Source of the DNA: Octopus sinensis
Taxonomy: Eukaryota
Assembly: GCF_006345805.1 (NCBI RefSeq)
Contig: NC_042997.1
Coordinates: 77,128,001 to 77,192,000 of the forward strand
Length of the DNA: 64,000 nucleotides
Direction of reading: 5' to 3'
In this document: in pieces, positions 51,284-64,000 of the stretch
How positions within the stretch are numbered: position 1 is the stretch's first letter
How the letters are laid out: each line of letters opens with the position of its first letter
Program-made: the position numbers and the translations under genes
The notes under the pieces: model-generated
What the model saw: only the letters and a program-made list of their open reading frames with translations
The model's database searches: none
What the model was told of the DNA's origin: nothing

Positions 51284-54200
51284 GTAAGAAATAAAATATT
51301 TTAAATCTAATTTATTGATGTTTTAGGTAAGCAAAAAATAAAAATGTTAAACCTTTTACAATTTATTTTATATAACTTTATTTTCAGCACGTCATTCTTT
51401 GAAAAAAGCTGCTTTTTATTTTTTCTATTTCTTTGTTTCGTTTTCTGTCGGATTTTTTAATTTATTTTTCATGAAGCTGGAAGCATTTAGAAATTGCTGG
51501 AAGCCAAGTAAATGTGTGTGCATGTGCATATATGTGTATGAATATGCACATCTTTAAGTGTCCCTAGCTTCTCTCTCTCTTTAAATGTATGTATGTGCGA
51601 ATGTCTACATATATTATTGAATGAAACTTTCAGTCAATACTTCAGTTATTTAGGGAAAAAATGGTAATTATCTAATATATCAACTGGAAGGCAGAGAATG
51701 CTAATCCTTCAAGAGCTGCTGGCCAGCTTTTGATGGTACTGATTTCTCAGTAGACTTGCTTTTCATATCTAAAATCAATGCAATTGAGAAATAGCAATTC
51801 TAACTGCCATCTTTTTTTCTTTCTTTTTTTTTTTTTAACTCCAGAACAACTGATAGGAAATAATTTTTCCAAAGTAATGCTCCAAATCTAACGTGATGAT
51901 AAATTTGATTACTGACTTTTACAGTAATTTCTCAATATTTTCTGTCAGCTAAATAAGCCATGCTAAATTTCTGAAATCCGTAGTTAAAACTTTTTACAAA
52001 AGAAAAATAGCCCAAAGTCAAAACTATTTCAAACAGCAAATTAATAACATGATAGAAGAAGGAGTAGTGTGTGTGTGTGAGAGAGAGAGAATTTATTTTA
52101 ATTATGATATGCTAATGTTTCATTTGGAATTTTTTTTCAATTATTGGCAAAAATCACATAGCAGAATTTCAAATATGCAACTGGTGGGTGTGTCTGTTAT
52201 TATTTGCTACAATAATAAACTTTGGTGTCTATGAAAGCAATCAAAATGATTAAGATTTTGTACCTTTTAGTACTTGTATTTTTGTCTCAGAATTTAGAAC
52301 AAATTCTTCCTCAGTTCACTACTTAACTTTGCAGAATCAGCTAATGGATTATATCTAAAAGATAAACTTTTATGTTTTCATCAATGACTCATTCGTTGAA
52401 CATTCATTAAAAGTGATATTTGTTGTGTTGTTTTTTGTTAACTTTGTTTATTGTAAATATATACATGCAAGACTAATTGAGGTATAATAATAATAATAGT
52501 AAAAATATGAAACTTTCTCTATGTATTCCTTATACAGAACAACATTGAATAAATGTACATTCTTAAAGTAAATGGCTTTACTAATTAGTCAGCCCTGAAA
52601 GAAGACAATTATTGTCAAATCCCACCACTGAAATAAATTTGAAGCCTATACTTAGCAAAAAGACATCTATATTTTATTTTCAACACACTGACTATTTAGC
52701 CATTATCCTTATCATGTTAAAGACCATTTTTATAGCCAAACAATGGAACTGTTAACGTATGTTCAGCTAAATTCCATAACTAACAAATTCATAACAGCTA
52801 CAGCCAACTAAACTGACAGACATTCCCATTTACACATCAGCAATTTCTGTTTTGAATTTATGTTCTTGATAAGCTGACCTTTTATGAAAACACATTATGA
52901 GGGTTATGATTACATATTTTATATTATGATAGAACTTTCATTCACTTGTGAAGAATATACTGACAAACAATCATTGGTTGGTTTAGCTTTTCAGTAGAAA
53001 AACAATTTCTCTCTCTAGAGTGTATAAATCTTGTAGAAATAACCATTGAAGAGAAATATATTAATTTCCTTTGATGCCAAAACCATATTTCATATTGACA
53101 AGATGAGAGGCTGAGATCGAGGTGTTGGTTGTTGTTGCTATGCTTCGTAAATAGCTTGCTGTTGATATTGCCACCAAATCAGTCTCATAATAACCATGAT
53201 ACAGTGCTTTATTGGGGAATAGGATTTTGTCTCCAGTATAGCAGTCATTTCTGTTAGGTTGTTGATTAACAATATTGACTTCAAGGTGGTTTAGCTGGGT
53301 AGGTATGATATAAGTTTTCTCCTTTACCCTATGCATACACATTTACTTTTCTACATTTAATTAATTGGATTCCATTTTATAGGATACTATACAAAAATGA
53401 ATTTGCCTTTCTAACAAGATAAAAGTTAATGGTGAATATCATAAATTAATACCAGGAAAGTGAAGTTCTCTGATTTAATCTCACTTTATCTTCAGAATTT
53501 TGACCCAAAACCATCTTTTAAAGAGAACAAACTGGTAGTTTACAACTTCGGCATTGGTCATGTTGAACCTCAACGCATGTGTGCACACAATTTAGGAAGT
53601 CAGAAGTTTGTATTCGTTGTTCATTAATTATCCATTTTTCCATTCTCCCATGGATTAGATAAAGATATAATCAAGGCAGGATTTATGTCAGATGCTCTTC
53701 TCTGACACCAGCCTTTACTTGTTTTACATGGAAAAGATTTTCTGTTCCAGAGGAATTTGAAAGATTAGAGCTAGCAGATGATTTCTTAACAGGGTGTGTT
53801 AGCAAATGTCACAGCTGTAACTCAGCATAGCTTGTACACAACCACACAGACACATACATATATACTTATACATCAGGTTTCTTCCAGTTTCTGTTTACAA
53901 ATTTCTTAACAAAGCATTAGTTAGTCTGGAGCTGTGGCAGAGGTTTCTTACCCAAGGCACCACACATTGGCTGAAGCTATGTAGATGAGAAGTGAACACA
54001 ATTATACATACATTGCGCACTCATACATACACAGAAAATAAAATTAAAAAAAAAAGATATTGCTTATTAGATACACCATCTTATGTTCATTTCAATAACT
54101 CAATAGAATTATTAACATGATGTACATAGTCAAGACTTATTGTCAAATAGAAATACATTACTTTTATATATAACATTTGATAGAAAAAATGCTGTCAGAA

Positions 54201-54494
54201 CTAATCATTTTAGGTGTGACAAGTGATCAGCAGAATCCTGGATCTGTGAACTTTCTTGATCCATCCTAATTGGGTGTTCTTCCATATGAGGAGGATTTCA
54301 TCATCCATGTGTTCACATATTTTGTACATTATATATACTTTTTATCTCATTTCCTCCTCCTTACCTCTTTCTTTCCCTTCATCTTTTAATGTAAACCCCC
54401 TCACAAATTGTAATCCATGTCATCTGAAACCCTGTGCCAAATAAAACAAATTATTATTATTTTTTTTTTTTTTTTTTTATTATCATCATCATTA

Positions 54495-54725
54495 TTAAGG
54501 TAGCTAGCTGAAAGAATTGTTAGCATGCCAGACAAAATGCTTAGAGGCATTTCATCTGGCTCCATGTTCTGAGTCCAAATCCTACCAAGGTCGACTTTGC
54601 CTTTCATCCTTTTGGGGTCAATAAATTATGTACCAGTTGAGTACTGGGGTTCAATGTAATTGACTTAACTCCTCCCTCCAAATTTCAGGCCTTGTGCCTA
54701 TAGGAGAAAGGATTATTATTATTAT
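54495..54725 (+). mobile_element. MetaSINE-like element with (ATT)n tail
   Basis: ccaaggtcgactttgcctttcatccttttggggtcaataaattatgtaccagttgagtactgggg. Confidence 0.8.
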
Positions 54726-54744
54726 TATTTATTTTTTTTATCTT

Positions 54745-55429
54745 CGGTTTTATTGTAACAACTAGAGTCTTGCATGTGCTGCAGGCTTACTGCCTGAGCC
54801 TATGGTACCATGCTACCTGTTCTTTTCAATTATCTAATATTTTTCCGATTATTCTGGCCATGCCAAGAGGGCAAACCTTTTGTGACAGTTCTGCTGGGTA
54901 CTCTATTTTGATTTCCTTTATATTCCTCCTGATACCTTCTGATACTGTCCCCAAATGACCCAACAATAGCTATCTTCACCTTCTTCATTTCCAATTCATC
55001 ACCAAAGCTTGTTCTTGCACTGCCTCTTTTTTCAGTGTTCCTTTCTTCAGCCAATCCCTCCTATGTTTTCTAGCAACTTCAGCTGTGGCTACCTGGAATT
55101 GATGGTGTTGTCCCTTGTTCTTCCTGTCCTTTTTTGAACTGCTTCCTTTGTTTTTCCCTTTTTCTCTGCTTTCAATACTCACTCATTCCTAACTGACACT
55201 AGCAAGGTTTCCTTACTTTGGGATAGGTATCTTATAAAGTTCCTGAATTCGATATGTATGCAGTCTTTCATACTTATCAGTGTCTGCACATGGATGATGG
55301 GCTCCATGTATCATTAGGAGCTCTGTCTTCCTGTCCAGCTCTTTCAGTTCCTCCTCTGTTCACTTCAAATTCCAGCACCACACCAAACTATTGCAACTGC
55401 ACACAAGTTTATAACTGGATTCAGGTTCA

Positions 55430-55430
<1 letters not shown>
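54745..55430 (-). mobile_element. Internally deleted R4/Dong-like LINE between two (TTA)n tracts
   Basis: Minus strand fragments IHGAHHPCADTD, WLKKGTLKKEAVQEQAL and KKVKIAIVGS..TVSEGIKRNIKEIKIEYPAELSQKVCPLGMARIIGKILD. Confidence 0.85.
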
Positions 55431-55471
<41 letters not shown>

Positions 55472-55498
55472 GTTATTATTATTATTATTATTATTATT
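55431..55498. repeat. (TTA)n microsatellite
   Basis: Direct inspection. Confidence 0.98.
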
Positions 55499-55701
55499 CA
55501 GTGAATTGGCAGAATCATTGCCACATCAGACAAAATAATTTGTGTAATTTCTTCTAGTTTACATTCTGCATTCAACTTTACCTTTCATCCATTAAGGGTC
55601 AATAAAATTTGTACCAGTTGAGCACTGGGGTTGATATAATCAACTTGCTCCCCCCACAAGATATGAGGCCTTGTGCCTATAGTAGAAAGGATTATTATTA
55701 T
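55499..55701 (+). mobile_element. MetaSINE-like element
   Basis: ctttacctttcatccattaagggtcaataaaatttgtaccagttgagcactgggg. Confidence 0.75.
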
Positions 55702-55706
55702 CAGTA

Positions 55707-56234
55707 TTGGGTGGGAAGGCAGCACATGTCACCAAAGTAACACTGGAATGCAAATATACAAAGCCCAATATTTCTGACTACTCGTCTGATAAGGATACAC
55801 TAGGCACATGCATCACAGCGACCTATGCACAACATGGTGACATCATAACAAGATAAACAGTGCACGGCCTTGCATATAACAGTGCATGATCTTGCCCAGT
55901 TAGAATTTTTTTTCTGGTTGACTAGCCCATCCATTTCAAAAGGTCCCTGAATATGGGTTGTTTAAAGATGATGAACAAGACACTTGTGTTTTCAGAGATA
56001 AATTATTCAAATCCAAAAGAATCCCTCTCAGCACATGGCTATAATGTTCCTCCACTACTCCTGCTCATGATCAGAGATGTGCATATCATCAGCCACTAAG
56101 GAACATTCTCATCTGGTTATGGTCATCTGGTTATGGTCAACTCTGTAGTATTGAGCAAGATATTTGTTGTAGCCCATTTTTTACACCAAAACAAAACATG
56201 TACATGATAACACTTCCAACCAAAAGCTATGAGA
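55707..56234 (+). repeat. Unclassified ~550-bp interspersed repeat, copy 3
   Basis: Homologous to 31289-31851. Confidence 0.8.
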
Positions 56235-56249
56235 ATGAAACCATCAAAG

Positions 56250-57100
56250 AAATCATCTCTCAAAATTGGGTCTGAATGTAGCCTATAAAGTTGTTCATCT
56301 TTGTCCCTACATCTACTCCATTATCTTTTTGTAAACCACATCAGAAACTTAAAAGCAATTTAGAATGACACAGTCAGATAAACAGAGGAGTGTTGTAATG
56401 GAAGTAAGTTCAAACTTGCAGTGATAGTCAAAGATCTATTTGTAGGGTTGATAAGCTGTTGGTTTGGGATTTAGTAGAGTATAAAGGTTTCATATTTATA
56501 GTAAATATGGGTATGGCAGCAACATAGGGTGACATATTTATTGAACATGCTTGGGAAGCAGATTGTGAAGTAACTATAAACAGATTCAACAACCAGAGGA
56601 ACTAGATATTGGAGGCTTAAGGTATTTTAAAGCTGAGGTTACTGAAAGTAGAGTGGAGAAGAAAAAGTTATCAATGTGCAATTTTCTAGTTGTGGAGATA
56701 ACTTCTCATAAATCAGAGAGTTGCTCAGTTGACAAAAGCACTCCTTTATAAAGGCTTGTATACGAAGTTACAGTTTAGTTAGTGCTAATGTCCTTTCAGC
56801 TGTGGTGTTTTTAGAGTGCATCATATACAGAGGGTTGACCAACTTCAAGAACATCAGAGGGTCTTATTGATGAACAAGTCAACCAAGTTGTTCAGGAATG
56901 AATTTTGCTCACAATTAAAATCTGTTGTTCCATGATTTTAATAAAAATCTTTCAGCCAAGTCTGACAGCATTTTGAATTTGTGAAACTCACCGCTGAATG
57001 ACCTAATCTTAGAAGTTTTTCTCTACTAAGAATCGCTCATTCAGCAGGAGGAGAAATAAATCACTTTAAATGGTAGCTGCTGCATTCAATATAGCATTAG
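56250..57100 (-). mobile_element. Highly decayed Penelope-like reverse transcriptase, N-terminal half
   Basis: Minus-strand fragments PAE*AILSR, ECFCQLSNSLIYEKL and TTLLCLSDCVILNCF...NGVDVGTKM..FIGY resemble PLE RT motifs (LSRGL, RQLS..Y.KL, LN.F.F....Y.Q..GVAMGT.M). Confidence 0.55.
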
Positions 57101-57368
57101 GTTTGAACAGAAATCACAATTATTTCTCTTTGCCCACTCACATAGTATAAACTTGGACTTAAATTTCAAAGCCAAAGCAATGTACCACTTTCTTTACAGA
57201 TAATTCATCAAAACTTAGCATTCACACACACCTATGAATTAGTTTGTTTCCTCTAAGCTTCCACCCAAAAACACTTCTATTATAATTTCTGCTTTCTACT
57301 CACTGACTCTGAAATCACACTGAGTTTATTGAACAGAATTTCTCATGTCCCAAAACGAAGCTCATCAG

Positions 57369-57722
57369 GGATCCATTAAATGCACCTAACCCAAATGCTA
57401 TACTTGTCCATTACTTGAGGTGTAACAAGTCTGAAATCTCACCTCCACATCACTGACTCATTCGACTGCAGTGTTCTGTAAATAGGCAAAACTAGTTGTG
57501 ATTTGGGCAATCAGTTCCATGAATGTTTCCTTGATGTCTGTAATGTTTTCAAACCTGTGGACCAATATTTCAGTGTATCAGACCATTTGGATTTACACCT
57601 CAGATTCTCTCTTACCTGTACATCTGTACAATTAGTCCCTATGACATGTGCTTCATGTTGGTCAGGAGGAATATTTTAGTTTCACTCTAGGCACTCCAGT
57701 GCCTATGAATACTTTCTTTTTC
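57369..57722 (+). mobile_element. Decayed Penelope-type GIY-YIG endonuclease with CCHH-type linker
   Basis: KCT*PKCYTCP...CSVL*IGKTSCDLGNQFHECFLDV...KPVDQYFSVSDH...FTLGTPVPMNTF. Confidence 0.72.
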
Positions 57723-59579
57723 AACATGTTACCTTTTCTCTAACCTTTTGTTACATATTGTTCTCTTATGCCTCCTTCCCTAGGTATTTCTTCCCCCAGC
57801 CACTTTCTGAATGGTTTGTACATTTTGTGTATCTTGTTTTGTACAGCATACATTTGTTGGCAGCTGGTGTTTTTTATCTTTTGTACAGAAGTTGGATTTC
57901 TTGCTACTGGGTATTAGAGCTGACAGAGTATCTGGACATTAAGAGTACTGGCTGTTGTATGTTGAACAGATACTGCTATAACATGCGATGCAAACAATTA
58001 GCACTAGATGGGATTGTCTGAGTGAATGTTGCTTGTGACAGTTACATATGAGAAGTTGTGTAGCCAGATCTCAAAATGCTTAACTCATTCTATCATCTCG
58101 TATGTTAAAAATGAGTCAATGAGGAAACCTCTGTGCAGTTCATTAACCTGTTAGAAAAAGCATCTTCTTCGTATTACATTCAACTATCTTAAAAGAGGCA
58201 TGGTAATTTTGTCCAATAGTAGATAGCTTATGCCTGACAAAAAAAAAATTATGAAATGGTCAGTGAAAGCCATCACATATACACTTGAATATAGAAGAGT
58301 AGAGAACAGTTAAGTTCCAATAAACCACTGATGTATCACATAAACTCATTAGGAAATATTCAGATGCTTGAAGTGCCTATACACCATAATCTGTATAGAG
58401 ACTAATGGAAAATCTGATGCATGATAGATCTAGTGAACAATTGTATTTCCAAGATGGAAAAGAAATAGAGACAGTTAACGGAGGGTACACATATATGGCT
58501 GTCTGCTTCTTTCTAAATTAAATAGATAGAGATGGAAATCAATTGCTGTATAATGAATTTCTGTATTACATTTTGAATCAGAAGAATACAAAGTTCAAAA
58601 GGCTTCAAGCAGAAACAGAAAAAATTGTGTTCTGAATGATGAGAACAGATCTTATTGTAGTAGTGTCTGCGTTATTGGTTTTGAAAATTTGAAAGTAGTT
58701 GATATAACTGTATGCGAATGTGTCAAATAAAAAATAATCAGAAGTTGCTGGAAGTGATGCTAAGTGGACTCAGTATGTATTTAATTTTTGAACAGGCAAA
58801 ATAATTTCAACATACTAAAACGAGCCATGCAATCTGTGATAGACTTTTGATTTGGCACCTTTAAAGAGCAGTTGGATCTTTGGCCCAAAGTAAATTGAAG
58901 AATCTATAAAAAGACATGGACATGGGATAACATAAATTATTATTTATTTGCTTAAATAAAATTTATCATAAAGGAATTTGTTGAGTCAAAACTTTACCTA
59001 GTCTTCTGGAGACTCGGTACCCATTGATTTTTAATCTTCACTCAATCATCTTGAAACTTCACTGTTTCTTTCCTTACATTATTACTTGAAATCACAGGTT
59101 TTTGATTTTTTTTCTCCCTTCAATATATCATTTCTTTTTGATTCTGATCTTGTTTTGCCACCTCGAAATCAATGTACAACTTTACAAATGCTGTTTCAGT
59201 GAAAATAAATATAACTTTTACTGTTCACAAATTCTAATTTGACTAACAAAAACCACTTGAAAGAAAAATTAAGAAGAAAACTTTTACTTCTTAGAGAATG
59301 GATTAATATGAGGAAACTGGTTATCATTCTATTTTGTTTTGATTTCCTCTTGTGGATTTGATCAATAAGAAAACTGCTGCTCAGAGGTATCTTATCCCAA
59401 ACTGACCAGAAGAATGCTCTAATGCATATACGAGTTAAAGTAGTTCCAAAAGCGGTAATTATTCTCATTGCTTCTCATCCAATTTCCAAATTGGTTAAAT
59501 ATAATTCTCCAACCAATATTCAATTTCTTTACTCCTTACAGTTTGCTGGTTATAAGAACTAAAGATGTTATAGGATGGT

Positions 59580-60290
59580 CTGAATTTCTACTGCAGACTG
59601 GCGGACCAAAGTAGCATTAAAACACTCTCTGGGGTTACTTTGATTCCATATATATGCCATTTGTTGAGGCAGGCCATTAGGTGATTGACACTGAAATTCA
59701 CATTTATTATATAGAAAGAAGTTTACAATTCAGTATCTCCATAGTGCCATTACTGGGGAAAATAATTCTTTAGGATATAGAAGCACTTTTCTTCTCTTGT
59801 ATGGCAGAAAGTTCACTACTTACCAGTTACTCGAATCAACAGCAATAATGCACAGTGGGTATGAATGCATAAAGCTTTAAAGGAAGTCACAGCAGTTTAA
59901 TATTTGATTCCCCTATTTCACTCATTATTTAGCATCGTATTATTTGAGATTATTACTGCTATTAATGGTACACAAACTGAGAGCCATTTCTATTTAATAG
60001 ATAGTCCAGGAAGATTTACGTAATACTTTGACAACTCATCTGAGCTGTAAAGGAAAAGTAGTATAAGCATTTGCTACCATAGACATTGCAACTGAATTGT
60101 TGGAAGGTGACAAAACAATTCACTGTGGATTCAGATTTCCAATATCTGCACCAGTGCTTCAGTAAGTAGCATAAAAAATGAAATCATAGAAGGCCATCAT
60201 GACAACAAAAGAATTACTTATTGATGAAGCTTCAATGTTGTCATGGTTCTCTTTGAGACTTACAGATCTTTTATTTAAAAATATTTCATA
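59580..60290 (+). mobile_element. Helitron PIF1-family helicase relic
   Basis: HFYLIDSPG (Walker A truncated), NTLTTHLSCKGKVV*AFATIDIATELLEGDKTIHCGFRFP and LLIDEASML (Walker B). Confidence 0.8.
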
Positions 60291-60689
60291 TTTGACCATT
60301 TACCAGGAACATGGTTATACTGGTTTGTTTTCTGCCAACAAATAATGTCCTCCTATAGAGAAATGTTGCTGATATTTTTGAAAACAGAAAATTGGTTTTG
60401 CTATAGTTTTATAATGACACAAATTGAATAGAATGACATATACATAAGCTAAACTCTATAAAGTATTATATGATTTGATAATGGCAGTGTGTGTACACAT
60501 GCATGTGTTTGTTAGTGTATTAGGAACTAACATTTGTCTTCTCAAAAACTACTGTTCTACTGACCTTGAGGTTGACTAACAATAAAAAAAAAATATTAAC
60601 CAGAGATGTTGTTTTGTGCTTTGACCTTAGCACTAAAGAATCAAAGCCAGAATCTATGCCAGATTGGATAGCTTTCTATTTCAAAAGTT

Positions 60690-61118
60690 ACACCTGACAG
60701 AACCATTAACCTGCCAAGCAAAATGCTTAGTGGCATTTCTTTTGGCTTTGCATTCTGAGTTCAAATTCTAAAGAGGTCAACTTTACCTTTCATCTTTTTG
60801 GAGTCAATAAAATAAGTACCAGTTGAGTACTGGAGTTAAAGTAATTAACTTACTCTTCCCTTAAAATTGTTGGCCTAGTGACAAAATTAGAAGTATTATT
60901 TTTAATGAAGGCAACAATCTAACAGAATCATTAGTGCATTGGACAAAATGCCTTGTAGCATTTCTTTATGTTCTAAGTTGAAATACCACCAAGGTCAACT
61001 TTGCTTTCATTCTTTCGAGGTCAATAAAATGAGTACCAATTGAGCACTGGAGCCAATGTAATCAACTAGCACCTCTCCCAGTGTTTTGGGCCTTGTGCCT
61101 ATAGCAGAAAGTATTATT
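60690..61118 (+). mobile_element. Two tandem MetaSINE-like elements
   Basis: Two copies of ggtcaacttt.c.tttcat.ctt..gagg/gtcaataaaat.agtacca.ttgag.actggag. Confidence 0.78.
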
Positions 61119-61813
61119 ATAGATTTTTATTTATTTATTTTATTTCTATTAACCATGAAGAAAAAAAGACAAAAGAAAGTATAGAAAGGCAGGTAAAACA
61201 ATCCAAAGAATCTAATAACTCTTTTTAGTAGAGAAGATATTTTTATAGTAAGTTCTGTAAGATATATTCCTGTGTAAGAATTGATCAAATTAAGATACTA
61301 TCTTTAAAAAGAATTTAGCAATTTCTATAGATTACATTTTTGAAATTATTTTTCTTCAAATATTTTGAATTGCTTTAGAATAATTAACAATTTGTGAGTT
61401 TTTAATTCTATAGCAATCATCAACTTTTACCTTATATTACTCAATAATAGATATTGTAACAGAGAATGGACAGTTTTAAATTTAATTTCCATCAAAATAT
61501 TTCCATTTTTATTAATTAAATTTTGAGGTTATTATATGAATTGTATTGAAAATTTACATACATGATGTGTCTTCATATCTCAGAAAAAGTCAGTTTAAAT
61601 GCAATCTCAAACCAAGACTTAATTTAATATTCTTAGCTATATTGATGCTTTTCTTGAGATGTTAATTTTGTTGTAGTTTATTGGATTTACTGTCATTTTT
61701 ACCACTTGATATTTTTTCATTCAAATTGCCTTATATTTAAATTTTAAACTTAATCTTTTTTTAATTAAATTCACAGTGTAAATTTATTTGCCCTATTTCT
61801 GGATTCTTTGCAG

Positions 61814-61954
61814 CAAATTTTAAACAATGAACAACACACTAAAGGTCTAATGTTAAAGTTACAAGATTACTATTTTAGTGAGCGACTTTATCTGCTGGGT
61901 TGCCTTAAATACATAATTAGTAATGGTCAAGAGATCAGCACACATCCTTACCAG
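61814..61954 (+). CDS. NUP188: NUP188 internal coding exon (141 nt, QILNNEQHTKGLMLKLQDYYFSERLYLLGCLKYIISNGQEISTHPYQ)
   Basis: Acceptor ctttgcAG and donor GTaaga at 61955, phase 0/0. Matches recalled human ALILKIADYYYEERTCILRCVLHLLTYFQDERHPYR (DYY.ER and HPY motifs). Confidence 0.93.
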
Positions 61955-63774
61955 GTAAGACTTTTTCTTACTACATATACTCAATTCTAGCTGGAACTAA
62001 AGATAATCTGAAGATCATTTTACAAAAAAAAACAGTGTTAATTGCAAACTATATTGTTTTAGTTATATGCAATGTTATTATAATTCATTTCTATCTCTGC
62101 TTCTGTGTGGAATATTACTATATTCCAGCTGAATTTACTATTAGAAGTTAATTTTATTATGATATTTTTGTTATATTTTTTGTAATTAAACTATAATATT
62201 ATATTTTTGTTTTTAGTTATACCTTTACTGTGACAATTATGTAAATTAGTTTCCATTTTAGAGAAGTTATTGCTAACAATTGCTTATATATTCCACATCT
62301 TTGAAATTGTCCAAAATTTAACTTATTGGTACTGTTTTATAACCATTGTTTTCTATCAGTATTCAGATATGCCCCAAACTATTATGGATGCATTATCTCA
62401 AAAAATGTGCTTTTCATAATTATGCCAGTGGGCCTGCTTTTTTTTATTGGATAAACTTTATTCTAACATATGATATTTAAGGCACCTAAGTGAAAGATGT
62501 AAAAGTCTCTCAGTGCATTGCTCAAAGATTTGTATGTTCCTAAGATGCTGCTGTAAATGCTCTATATAAATTGGTAAAGACATCCATTTTCTGAAATATT
62601 TGAAAATTCTTTTTCTTTGGCTATATAAAAAGCTGTTTTGCTGGTGAATATAGTTTACAAGAATCAGCATAACAATATATAACAAATATTGATTTATTGT
62701 ATAATTTCATTAATCAAGCATTGTTTTGTGCATGTGTGTGCATGCAATACTTTCTGTTCCATTATTACAACATAAATCAACTTTGTCTATGATATCAACA
62801 TGACAGTATGGAATTATGGTATAAAATTATAGTTAATTTTACCAAGAACTTATGGAATGATAGGTATGTTATTAATGTATGTGTATTATACTACTTTAAA
62901 AAACATTTCAAATCCATTTATACTGCAAAGAGTATGTTTACATTATTTGAACAAAACTATCCATTTTTTTTTCTCTGCACAAAAACTGAAGAAATTTCTC
63001 TATTTTTCCGTGACTCTTATACTTGATTCATATTTTTTGCATGTTCAGATGAATGTGCTGATGAGAAGCAAAAAATATCAAAATCAAAATCTAGTCAATA
63101 ATATATTGACTAGATTTTTAAAAACATCACATATAATCAAAAGCACTTAGTTATAAATGTGTTGCAATGAAACAGCTTATATTAATAATAGCGGCGGTGT
63201 TAACAGCAACAACACTAGTAGTGGTGGTAGTAGTAGTTGTTGTAGTAGTAATTTCTTTAACAAATGATAATTTTTTTTGGTTCATTTAATAATAAATTAT
63301 TATTGGGAGATGAAAGTGAAAAATACTAGCAACAGTTGGAGCACAACCTTACACACAATCCAAAAGATCGCTCTTCTTTATGAGAGACAGCCCAAATCCA
63401 ACACAAGACACTGTCAATTCAATAGCATAACTGAAACAGTACATTCTCTGCATTCAACACATCCCTTAATACTTACTCTACAGAACAATAATGTAAACCA
63501 TGCAAGATATACACTACACAATCACCACCCAATAAAATAATGCAACTCAAATTACATATATGCTCACAAAAGATGAAACATTAGAATAACACCAGTAGCA
63601 ACAACACAAATATCATAACAATGCAAAATTGATGTAGTTTACATACACAACTGTACTTGCTCAAAAGACAATGATGCAGAACACAGAAATGCACTTGGGG
63701 ATGCAATGGAAAGTTGCACAAAACTGTTCAAATCATGATAATAAACAATCATGATGATGATGACGATAATTATT

Positions 63775-63930
63775 CTTTCTACTGAAGACACAAGGCCCTG
63801 AAACTTGTAGGGAGGGAACTAGTCGATTACATCAATCCCAGTGTTTCACTGGTACTTAATTTATCGACCCTGAAAGGATGAAATGCAAAGCCAACTTCAG
63901 TGGAATTTGAACTCAGAACATAGTAACGGG
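63775..63930 (-). mobile_element. MetaSINE-like element
   Basis: ctggtacttaatttatcgaccctgaaaggatgaaatgcaaagccaacttcagtggaatttgaactcagaa. Confidence 0.78.
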
Positions 63931-64000
63931 TGAATAATAAGTGCTTGTGAAAGTCTTGCGCAGAAAGAGTACAAGCACAGGCACAACAAAGTAGCCCAGA

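Noticed and set aside
54495-55701. MetaSINEs on both sides of the third R4 copy as another long TSD
   Set aside because: The SINE is abundant and the two copies differ by many substitutions and deletions; independent insertions explain them equally well.
62360-62420. Possible next NUP188 exon after ttctatcAG (YSDMPQTIMDALSQKMCFS*)
   Set aside because: There is an in-frame stop before any donor and no similarity to the expected NUP188 continuation.
63049-63150. Possible NUP188 exon after tgttcAG (MNVLMRSKKY...)
   Set aside because: It ends in a stop without a convincing donor and has no recognisable homology.

Overview
AT-rich metazoan genomic DNA. The repeat complement (RTE LINEs with (GAT)n tails, CORE-type and Meta-type tRNA-derived SINEs, R4/Dong-like REL LINEs) points to a cephalopod, probably Octopus; this is an inference. 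The only host gene I can support is the nucleoporin NUP188 on the + strand. It has four phase-consistent GT-AG coding exons (8935-9008, 45784-45865, 51203-51283, 61814-61954) that splice into 126 stop-free codons matching the NUP188 N-terminus as I recall it. They are separated by introns of 36,775, 5,337 and 10,530 bp; the first and later exons were not found in the window. The rest is intronic and full of decayed transposons: RTE, R4/Dong, Penelope-like (RT plus GIY-YIG), Helitron, piggyBac, hAT, pogo/Tigger, two mariner/rosa elements, SINEs, MITEs and microsatellites. The most interesting signal is a set of short non-coding inserts from at least four sequence-unrelated families. They sit in or beside TA-rich tracts, carry whole or partial minimal type I hammerhead-ribozyme-like motifs, and are often folded back into palindromes or inverted repeats whose breakpoints fall inside the hammerhead core. 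Also notable are a ~420-bp diverged direct repeat bracketing an R4-like LINE, a structured ~370-bp insert with a perfect 38-bp direct repeat, and a young ~480-bp tandem array of unknown origin. Everything was read by eye with no database search; repeat boundaries are approximate.
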